Source: Thermoanaerobaculia bacterium
GTDB taxonomy: Bacteria; Acidobacteriota; Thermoanaerobaculia; UBA5066
Direction of reading: 5' to 3'
Length of the DNA: 64,000 nt
NCBI GenBank assembly: GCA_963719225.1
Contig: CAVRAY010000002.1
Location: forward strand, 736,001-800,000
Shown here piece after piece: positions 21,215 through 28,967 of the stretch. The translations under genes were made by a program, and so were the position numbers. Numbering within the stretch: the stretch's first letter is position 1; each line of letters begins with the position of its first letter. Under the pieces are notes generated by a model that was not told the DNA's origin, searched no databases, and saw only the letters and a program-made list of their open reading frames with translations.

Positions 21215-21913
21215 CTACCGCTGTCCGACCGGCTCGGGCGCCTCGACGCCCTCCATCGTCGTGCCCGAAAGGAGATCCGCGAGCGTGCGCCCGTGGCGGT
21301 CGAATGCGGCAACGAGGAGGGGGACGCCCGCGAGCGCCCCCGTGAGGACGAAGCCGAGGAAGCGGAGGAACGCCGCCGCGAGAGTGGGGGAGCCTCCGTC
21401 CGCCGCCCGGATCCTGAGGTCCGCGAGGGCCATGCCGGGGGTCGTGCCCCACACGAACGGCGCGAGGACGAGCAGGACGAGCGCGGCGAGGAAGAGAAAC
21501 GCGGCGAGCGGCGCGAACGCGGGCGGCGGGAAGCGCAGGTCGAGGAGGAGGGCGCCGGCCGCGAGCTCGACGGCGCCCACGAGCGCGAGGATGAGGAGGT
21601 CCGCGAGTCCGGCGGCGACGCGGCGCGCGAACGCGACGGCCCGCGGGCCCTCGTCGCCGGCGTCGGGCTCGAGCTCGTCCGCGCGCGGCGGGACGAGCAG
21701 CTCCTCGGCCGGGCGCACGGACGAGCGCGGGCGCTCGCGGGCCGGCTCCGGGCCGGAGGGGCCGGGCGCGGCCTCGTCCCCGCCCGGGCGAAGCGGGGTC
21801 TCGCCGGCGCCGCCGAAGAGGTCCAGCGTCCGGCTGGGCGGGCGCCTCCGCGCGGGCTCCGGCTCGGGAGCGAGGGGATGCTCGGCGAGGGGGTCGCGCG
21901 GCGGCTCGGCCAT
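21215..21913 (-). CDS. RDD family membrane protein
   Basis: RRVAAGLAD, GTTPGM...LRI, R.LAD.LSGT. Confidence 0.85.
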   Translation of the reverse strand: MAEPPRDPLAEHPLAPEPEPARRRPPSRTLDLFGGAGETPLRPGGDEAAPGPSGPEPARERPRSSVRPAEELLVPPRADELEPDAGDEGPRAVAFARRVAAGLADLLILALVGAVELAAGALLLDLRFPPPAFAPLAAFLFLAALVLLVLAPFVWGTTPGMALADLRIRAADGGSPTLAAAFLRFLGFVLTGALAGVPLLVAAFDRHGRTLADLLSGTTMEGVEAPEPVGQR

Positions 21914-21928
21914 CGGCGGGATCGGGCC

Positions 21929-23935
21929 TCAGGGCCGGACGGCCAGGTGTTTGATGAAGATCCTCGACAGGAGGTCGGTCGCGCCGCGCGGGTACTTGCG
22001 CACGAAGCGCAGGAGGCGCTGGGCCTCCGCGTCGCCCGGCCGAAGTTCGGTCGCCTCCTTGAGCGAGGACTGGGCCTTCGCCATGTTGCCGGCTTGCAGG
22101 GCCTGGATCGAGCTGTTCACGTAGGCGTTCGCGAGGTATTCCTCGACGTCCTGGTTCTTCGCGTCCACCTTGCGCGCCTCCCAGAGGAGCTTGATCGCGC
22201 TCTCGTAGTCGCCCTCGTTGTAAGACTTGACGGCGCTCGAGAGGGCGGCGACCTGGTCGAGCGACTTCTTGAGCGCGGCTGCGGCCTCCACGTCCTGCGG
22301 ACGCGCCTTGACGACGGGGTCCAGGTTCTTGACGGCGTCGATATACCGGCTCGACGCGATCGCGGCGAATCCCGCGACGCGCATCTCGTCGAGGGCGGCC
22401 TCGCTCGGCGCAGCGGGCGCCGGCGTCGGCGCCGCCGAGGACTTCATCTTCTCGATCCTCACGAGCGCCTCGTTGTGGCGCGGGTCCGCGTCGGGGATCT
22501 TCACGAGCACGGCGATCGCTTCGTCGATCTTGCCGGCCTCGAAGAGGGCCTGCGCCTTCTGGAACGAGTCGTCGGCCGGACGCGGCGCGCCCGACCTCGT
22601 GGACGCCGCGGGACCAGGGTGGGGGGCGGCCGCCGGGCGGCTGCCGCGGAGGAACCAGTATGTCCCCCCCGCGACGGCGGCGAGAAGGATGAGACCTCCG
22701 GCGAGGAGGACCCTGAGGTCGACCCGGCCGCGACCCTTCGCGGGCAGAGTCGCTCTCTCGGGAATCGCGCTCTCTCCCGAGGCGCCTTCGTCGAGGGACG
22801 GGATCTCGTCCGCAAAGGACGGCGAGTGCGGCGCCTCGATTTCGTTCCGCATGAAGTCGGAGTCCGGCGTCGACGCGGTCGCCGGCGAACCGGTCGTGGC
22901 GGGCGTCGAGAGCGCGGCGTCGATCTGGTTCAGGTAGCCGCGCGCCGTCGCGTCGTTCTCGGAGAGCGCGAGGACGTCGAGGAACTTGTTGCGCGCGCCC
23001 GCGAGGTCGCCCGCCTCGTAGGATTGCACGCCCTCGGAGAGGAGCATGTCGATCTTGCGCGCCGTCTCCGCCTGCGACTCGCGCGCCGAGTCGATGCGCC
23101 GTGAGGCCTCCTCGTTCGAGAGGTCGATGAGGAAGACGCGGCTCCAGAGGTCGATCGCCTCCTGCGCGTTCCCGCGCGCGAAGGCCTCGTCGCCCTGCTT
23201 GAGGAACTGGATGATGCGGGCGTCCGTCTGAACGCCGGACAGAGGGCGGGACGCGGGCGCGGGCTCAGGGGCCGCGGCCGCTTCCGAAATCCCGAGTTCC
23301 TCCTGGGGAGCGGCCGCGGGCATGGGCGGCGGCAGACCGGGCTGGAGCGCCGCGGCGGGATCGAGCGGAGCCCCGACCATCGAGGGGGCGCCTCCCGCGA
23401 GGCTCAGGTCGTCGAGACCCGCGAACGGGTCGCCGCCCGGAGCCAGTGCGAACGAGGGCGGCGGAGGGGGCGCGGGCGACGGGAGGGGCGCCTGCGGAAC
23501 GGGCGTCGCCCCGCGTTCGGCGGCGGCAGGCTCGTCGCCGAACACGAGATCGTCGAGGCCGGCGGCGTGCGCGGCCGGCGGCGGGGACGCCGGGAAAGCG
23601 TCGCCGAGCTCGGGCGCGGCCGCGGGCGCGGCCGGGCGAGCAGGAGGAGACGGCCCGGCGGCCGGGGCGGGAGACTCCTCGACGGCGTTCTCGAAACCGA
23701 GGAACTGCGAGAAGCGGTTCACGTCCACCGACGCGCCGGACGCGGCGGTCCGGAGCGAGTCGAGAAGCGCCCGGGCCGGGGCGAAGCGGCCGTCCATCTT
23801 CAGGATGAAGTCACACCCGAGGAGAGCCTCGTCTACCTTTCCGGCCTGGGCGAGCGAGAGCGTGTGACGGAAGGTCTGGAGGACCTTCGACCGAGCCTCC
23901 GCCGAGAGCGCCGGGCTGCCCGCGTACGAAACCAT
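21929..23935 (-). CDS. Single-pass membrane TPR protein with Pro/Ala-rich linker
   Basis: TPR-like helices on both sides of TM VLLAGGLILLAAVAGGTYWFL; ATG at 23935 preceded by GGAGG. Confidence 0.75.
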   Translation of the reverse strand: MVSYAGSPALSAEARSKVLQTFRHTLSLAQAGKVDEALLGCDFILKMDGRFAPARALLDSLRTAASGASVDVNRFSQFLGFENAVEESPAPAAGPSPPARPAAPAAAPELGDAFPASPPPAAHAAGLDDLVFGDEPAAAERGATPVPQAPLPSPAPPPPPSFALAPGGDPFAGLDDLSLAGGAPSMVGAPLDPAAALQPGLPPPMPAAAPQEELGISEAAAAPEPAPASRPLSGVQTDARIIQFLKQGDEAFARGNAQEAIDLWSRVFLIDLSNEEASRRIDSARESQAETARKIDMLLSEGVQSYEAGDLAGARNKFLDVLALSENDATARGYLNQIDAALSTPATTGSPATASTPDSDFMRNEIEAPHSPSFADEIPSLDEGASGESAIPERATLPAKGRGRVDLRVLLAGGLILLAAVAGGTYWFLRGSRPAAAPHPGPAASTRSGAPRPADDSFQKAQALFEAGKIDEAIAVLVKIPDADPRHNEALVRIEKMKSSAAPTPAPAAPSEAALDEMRVAGFAAIASSRYIDAVKNLDPVVKARPQDVEAAAALKKSLDQVAALSSAVKSYNEGDYESAIKLLWEARKVDAKNQDVEEYLANAYVNSSIQALQAGNMAKAQSSLKEATELRPGDAEAQRLLRFVRKYPRGATDLLSRIFIKHLAVRP

Positions 23936-24004
23936 TCCTCCGAATGCTAGCAAGAATCCGCCCGCGGACGCGTCGGATACGATCGTGCCTCCGCGGGAGG
24001 CGAC

Positions 24005-24913
24005 ATGGCACGGCTCATCGAGTGCATTCCGAACGTCAGCGAGGGGCGCCGCGACGAGGTCGTCGCCGCGATCGCGGCGGCCGCCGTGAAGGCGGGTCCG
24101 GGCGTCGTGCTGCTCGATCGGACGTCGGACCCCGACCACAACCGCTCGGTCCTCACGTTCCTCGGAGACGGCGAGCCGCTCGTCGCCGCGATGACGGCGC
24201 TCGTCGGGGCGGCGCTCGAGGCGATCGACCTCAGGACGCACACGGGAGCGCACCCGCGGCTCGGCGCTGTCGACGTGATCCCGTTCGTCCCCGTGCGCGG
24301 GTCGACGGCCGCCGAATGCGTGGAGCTCGCGAAGACGCTCGGGCGGACGCTCGCCGAGCGCTTCGCGCTGCCCGTCTTCCTTTACGAGGACGCGGCGTCC
24401 TCGCCCGAGCGGCAGAACCTCGCGAACATCCGCAAGGGTGAGTTCGAGGGCCTCGGCGGGAAGATGGCGGACGCCGCGTGGCAGCCCGATTTCGGGCCGT
24501 CCGTCCCGCATCCTTCGGGCGGCGCGGTCGTCGTCGGAGCCCGCGCTCCCTTGATCGCCTACAACATCAACCTCGGAACCACCGACCTCGCGATCGCGGA
24601 CCGGATCGCGAAGGCGATCCGCCATCTCTCCGGCGGCTACCGCTTCGTGAAGGCGATGGGCGTGAAGCTCGAGGCGCGCGGGCAGGTCCAGGTGTCGATC
24701 AACATGACGAACTACGAGAAGACACCGCTCCACCGGGTCTTCGAGACCGTGAGGAGCGAGGCCGAGCGCCACGGGGTGCCGGTCGTGGGCTCCGAGATCG
24801 TGGGCCTCGTCCCGCAGGCCGCGCTCCTCGCCGCCGCGGGCCATTACCTCAGGCTCGAGGCGGACCCGGGCCCGCAGGTCCTCGAGAACAAGCTCCTGGA
24901 GCGGCTCGCGTGA
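24005..24913 (+). CDS. Glutamate formimidoyltransferase (FTCD N-terminal family)
   Basis: IECIPNVSEGR, DPDHNRSV, HPRLGAVDVIPFVP, IRKGEFEG, VGAR..LIAYN, QVSINMT. Confidence 0.93.
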   Translation: MARLIECIPNVSEGRRDEVVAAIAAAAVKAGPGVVLLDRTSDPDHNRSVLTFLGDGEPLVAAMTALVGAALEAIDLRTHTGAHPRLGAVDVIPFVPVRGSTAAECVELAKTLGRTLAERFALPVFLYEDAASSPERQNLANIRKGEFEGLGGKMADAAWQPDFGPSVPHPSGGAVVVGARAPLIAYNINLGTTDLAIADRIAKAIRHLSGGYRFVKAMGVKLEARGQVQVSINMTNYEKTPLHRVFETVRSEAERHGVPVVGSEIVGLVPQAALLAAAGHYLRLEADPGPQVLENKLLERLA

Positions 24914-24932
24914 GGGGCCGGCGGACCGGGAG

Positions 24933-24948
24933 CGGCACCCGAATTGCT
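24933..24948 (+). promoter_or_regulatory. Putative sigma-54 promoter
   Basis: CGGCACCCGAATTGCT matches TGGCAC-N5-TTGCW except at the first base; followed by an AAGGAGG RBS and ATG 24972. Confidence 0.7.
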
Positions 24949-24971
24949 GCCTTGAGGAAGGAGGGCTGAAT

Positions 24972-25424
24972 ATGCTCACTCGATCCCTCAAACCCGCGCT
25001 TCTCGCCGCATTCCTGGGCGCCGCCTGTCCGGCGCTCGCACAGGTTCACGTCGATCTGCCGGGTGTCGAGATCCGGGTCGGCCACACCGCCCCCCCGCGG
25101 CTGCGCCACGAGCGGCGGCCGCCCCGCCCCGGTCGCGACTTCTTGTGGCTCAGGGGCGCGTGGGACTGGCAGGGGGCGGGGTGGGTCTGGGTCCCCGGCC
25201 GCTGGGAGCGTCCGGCCTATCGCCACGCGAGGTGGATTGGGCCGCACTACCGGCGCAACGGAGCCGCCTGGATCTTCGAGCCCGGCCACTGGTCCGGCCA
25301 GCGTCTCGTCGAGGGCGACGAGTATCGCCGCTGGCGGTCGGAGCACGGCGATCGCGGCCGCAGGCACGACGACCGTGATCGCGACCGCCACGACGACCGC
25401 GACCGCGATCGCGACCGCCACTGA
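24972..25424 (+). CDS. Secreted YXWGXW-repeat protein with Asp/Arg-rich tail
   Basis: Signal peptide (ALA-Q); repeats WLRGAW, WVPGRW, WIGPHY, FEPGHW; C-terminal HDDRDRDRH repeats. Confidence 0.85.
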   Translation: MLTRSLKPALLAAFLGAACPALAQVHVDLPGVEIRVGHTAPPRLRHERRPPRPGRDFLWLRGAWDWQGAGWVWVPGRWERPAYRHARWIGPHYRRNGAAWIFEPGHWSGQRLVEGDEYRRWRSEHGDRGRRHDDRDRDRHDDRDRDRDRH

Positions 25425-25469
25425 GGGGAAAGCCCCCGTCGGTCCGAGTCGCGCGGCCGGCGCCGCCCG

Positions 25470-28400
25470 TCACCTCGCCATCGGCACATAGGCCCCGTCG
25501 CCGGTCCTCTGGCCCGGCTGGTTGCCGTCGTTGATGACGCCGTACGCGACCCAGGGGGCGCTGCCGGCCGTGCGGGACACGCGCACCCATCCGGAGCTCA
25601 CACCGGCCTGCGCGAGGACGCCGCTGATCTGGCCCCACTGGCCCGCGCCGAGCGTCAGGGACTGGCTCGCGCGCACGCCGCCACCGGCGCCGTCGAAAAC
25701 CTCGAAGAGGAGCGTGACCGGGCCCGCGGCCGCACCGTGACCGGTGTTGACGGCCGCGACGTTCGAGCGGTTCGTCGCGTCGGCGCGCAGACCGTAGAGG
25801 AAGGTGGTCGTGACGGCCTCCTCGCCCGCGAGAGCCGCCGAGTAGAAGAGCCCGAACTGCCCGCCCGCGGGGGACGGCGACGCGGTACGCGCTCCTGCGA
25901 AGATCTCGCCGACGGCCGCGCCGGACGACACGTAGACGTTGAGCGCGCCGGCGTCGGCGCTTCCGGCGGGCCCGACCGCGATGTTCTGGCTGCGGAGCCA
26001 GTCGATGGCGTTCGGAATGATCCTCTGCGTTTTCGGGGGCAGCGTGATCAGGATGCTCGCGTTCCCCGGCCCGGCGGGAGCGAGAGATTCGACGTAGGTC
26101 AGGACGAAGTCGCCCGGTTTCGACGAGCCGTTCGTGAGGACGAGCTCGCTGAGGAAGGCGCCCGTCTCGACGAGCACGGGGACGTTCATGAAGAGCGGGC
26201 GCGGCTCCACGGCCGTGGGCGTGACGTAGGAGCCGTCGTTCGTCCCGTTGTCGTTGACGACGCCGTAGGCCGAGAAGGAGCCCGCAGCCGACGTCTTCCG
26301 CACCTCGACCCAGCCGTTCGTCATCCCGGCCGTGTTCAGGACGCGGTTGTACTGCGTCCACCCCCACGGCGGCAGCGTGCCGGCGGCGACGACGGTGAAC
26401 GTCGCGCCGCTGCCGTCTCCGGAGACCGCCTTCACCTCGACGGTGACCGGCTGGCCGGACGTGTTGAAGACGGCGACGTTCGAACGGTCGGTCGCGGATT
26501 CGCGCAGGCCGTAGACGCGGAGGGTGTCCGCCGAGGGCGCATCCGGGTCGATCGCGGCGTACGCGAGGCCGGCGCGGCCGACCGGCTGGGGCGCCGCGGT
26601 CGCCGCCGCGGTTCGCGCGACCGCCGCGACGGCGTCGGGGTCGGAGACGTTCGTGAAGGAGAGGAGAAGCGTTCCGGCCTGCTGTCCGCCGGCGGCGACC
26701 GGAACGCCGTTCTGGCGGAGATAGGCGATGACGTCGGGAATGTCGAGCTGCGTCCGGGCGCGCAGAAGCGTCGGGGAAGTCGTGCCGCCTCCCGTTCCGA
26801 GCGACGGCGTGTACGTCATCGTGACCTGCGCGTCCGAAGTCCCGCGGTTCGTGACGCTCATCTCGGTCGAGTAGTGCGCCGCGCCCGTGTCGACGTCGAG
26901 GACGACCGGGACGAGCCGGCGCACGTTCAGGGTCGTCGGGAGCGAGTACACGCTCTCGCCGGCCGTGCCGAGGTACAGAGTCCCGCCGGACGCGAGGATG
27001 GAGCGCACCGGCAGGCCGCGCGCGCTCTCGGAGACGAGCGTCCACGTCGTGCCACCGTCTTCGGAAACATACGGGCCGGCGCGGGTCCCGGCATAGAGGC
27101 GCGAGCCCGAGGCCGAGACGTCGTAGACCGGCTCGGACTCCGGGATCCCGCTCTGCGAGCGGGTCCACGTCGCCCCGGCGTCGGAGGAGCGGAAGAGCCC
27201 GAACTGCGTCGTCGCGGAGCCGCCGACGGCCGCCCAGAGCGTGCTGCCCGAGAAGAGGAGCTTCGTGACTTCCCACAATCCGCTCGGAAAGATGCTCCCG
27301 CCCAGGACGAAGGGCGCTCCGCCGACCGAACGGAGCAGAACGGAACCGCTCGCGACGACGATCGTGCTCCCGCTGACGGCGATGTTCCGCACCCCGAGGG
27401 CGGCGGGCAGCTGCGGGCCGGCGGGCTGCCAGCCGAGGTACATGTCGTTCGTGCGGTAGAGGGTCGTGCCGGAGCCGAGCCCGGCGTAGAAATATCCGTC
27501 GGCCGCGCATATGCTCGTCGGGAAGAGGTTGCCGGGCCGGTTGTACGCGTCCATCCAGGTCGTGCCGCAGTCGGTCGAGTAGGCGAGGCTCTGCGTGCCG
27601 CCCGCGAATGCGAGTGACCCCGTCGCCGCGACGACGCCGCCGTCCCGGTTCGCGAAGAGGGCCGGGTCGCCCGGCGCCCACGAGGCGCCGCCGTTCGTCG
27701 ACCGATAGAGGCCGCTCGCCTCGCCCGGGGTCGTCGCGAAGATCGATCCCCCGCAGGCCGCGAGGCGGGAGATCGTCAGGTTGGTCAGTCCGGCGTTGCG
27801 TCCCTGCCACGTGAGTCCTCCGTCCGAGGAGAAGAAGACGCCCGCGCTCGTTCCGGCCCATGTGCCCAGGGGCGTCGAGAGGAGCCGATTCACGGTCCGG
27901 CCGCCGATTCCGGTGTGCGGCCCGGTCCATGTCGACCCACCGTTCGTCGAGCGGTAGACGGCCGGATTGCTGCCGGTCGAGCCGTTGATGGCCGCGAGAA
28001 GGACGCCGTTTCCCCCGCCGACCGCTCCGACGGCGAGTGGTGGAAGGTCGCTCGGCGCGCTGCCCGCGCGGGCGATCGACCAGGAGGCTCCGTTGTTCTC
28101 CGTTCGATAGACGGCGCCGTTCGCGACGACGGCGGGCCGGCCGTCCACGTCTGCGGCTGAGATGAACACGGCGTTCGCCGGCAGGCCGGTGACCGCCGCG
28201 GCGAACGTCCTCCCGCCGTTCGTCGACCGCCAGACACCCGAGGCGCGCATGACGAGGAGGATCGAGTCGTCCGTCCCGCGCATGAGGAGGAGCGCCTTGT
28301 CCGTGCCCCGTACGACGACACCCGTCGCCGGCGCGTCGCAGCGGGCCGAGGCGACGTCGCAGCTCAGGACCGGGCTCGCCCCGCCAGTCGAGGGAGTCGC

Positions 28401-28898
28401 GGCCAGGCCGACGAGGACCGTGTCCGCGTCGAGCGGGAGGACTGCCGACGCGCCGCCCGCGTAATGGGCGAAGCTCGACGCAAAGACCCGCGAGCTCCCG
28501 TCCCTCATGGATGTGACCTCGAGGCCGCGGTCCGAGGCGAGGCAGGCGCGATCCCCCGCGCACCGGCCCGCCTTCACCGTGGACGCCGTTCCCGTGACGT
28601 TCCGCCGGGGAAGGGCCCGCCACCCGGCCGACGGCTCGCTCATCCACATCCCCTCACCGAACGCGACAAAGTCACCCTGAACCGGAGACAGCCACTCTGA
28701 GGAGCAGCCGAGCGAGCCGATCGGCTGCAGGTCGTAGACGGCTCCGCCGCGCAGATCGGGAGACGCCTCCGCGAGTGCGGCCTCGGGCGCCCGGGCGGCG
28801 GAAGGCAGGCCGCCACACTGCCCACCGCCCAGCGTGATCGCGATGGCGGCGATTACGGCGACGCGAACGACCATCACGAGAGCTCGGGACCGCTTCAT
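25470..28898 (-). CDS. Large secreted BNR/Asp-box propeller protein with four C-terminal beta-sandwich modules
   Basis: Signal peptide; many S-x-(D/N)-x-G-x-(T/S)-W boxes (STNGGSTW, SSDGGLTW, SSDAGATW, SEDGGTTW); C-terminal modules shared with 13350..16682. Confidence 0.82.
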   Translation of the reverse strand: MKRSRALVMVVRVAVIAAIAITLGGGQCGGLPSAARAPEAALAEASPDLRGGAVYDLQPIGSLGCSSEWLSPVQGDFVAFGEGMWMSEPSAGWRALPRRNVTGTASTVKAGRCAGDRACLASDRGLEVTSMRDGSSRVFASSFAHYAGGASAVLPLDADTVLVGLAATPSTGGASPVLSCDVASARCDAPATGVVVRGTDKALLLMRGTDDSILLVMRASGVWRSTNGGRTFAAAVTGLPANAVFISAADVDGRPAVVANGAVYRTENNGASWSIARAGSAPSDLPPLAVGAVGGGNGVLLAAINGSTGSNPAVYRSTNGGSTWTGPHTGIGGRTVNRLLSTPLGTWAGTSAGVFFSSDGGLTWQGRNAGLTNLTISRLAACGGSIFATTPGEASGLYRSTNGGASWAPGDPALFANRDGGVVAATGSLAFAGGTQSLAYSTDCGTTWMDAYNRPGNLFPTSICAADGYFYAGLGSGTTLYRTNDMYLGWQPAGPQLPAALGVRNIAVSGSTIVVASGSVLLRSVGGAPFVLGGSIFPSGLWEVTKLLFSGSTLWAAVGGSATTQFGLFRSSDAGATWTRSQSGIPESEPVYDVSASGSRLYAGTRAGPYVSEDGGTTWTLVSESARGLPVRSILASGGTLYLGTAGESVYSLPTTLNVRRLVPVVLDVDTGAAHYSTEMSVTNRGTSDAQVTMTYTPSLGTGGGTTSPTLLRARTQLDIPDVIAYLRQNGVPVAAGGQQAGTLLLSFTNVSDPDAVAAVARTAAATAAPQPVGRAGLAYAAIDPDAPSADTLRVYGLRESATDRSNVAVFNTSGQPVTVEVKAVSGDGSGATFTVVAAGTLPPWGWTQYNRVLNTAGMTNGWVEVRKTSAAGSFSAYGVVNDNGTNDGSYVTPTAVEPRPLFMNVPVLVETGAFLSELVLTNGSSKPGDFVLTYVESLAPAGPGNASILITLPPKTQRIIPNAIDWLRSQNIAVGPAGSADAGALNVYVSSGAAVGEIFAGARTASPSPAGGQFGLFYSAALAGEEAVTTTFLYGLRADATNRSNVAAVNTGHGAAAGPVTLLFEVFDGAGGGVRASQSLTLGAGQWGQISGVLAQAGVSSGWVRVSRTAGSAPWVAYGVINDGNQPGQRTGDGAYVPMAR

Positions 28899-28967
28899 GG
28901 CGCCCTCCATGAAACCAGAGACGGAGAATCACCCCCGTTTTTCTCACCGCCGGGCCGGCGCGGGGCG

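Noticed and set aside
25360-25421. Short tandem repeats as a CRISPR or VNTR
   Set aside because: They encode the Asp/Arg tail of the YXWGXW protein; there are no spacers or cas genes.
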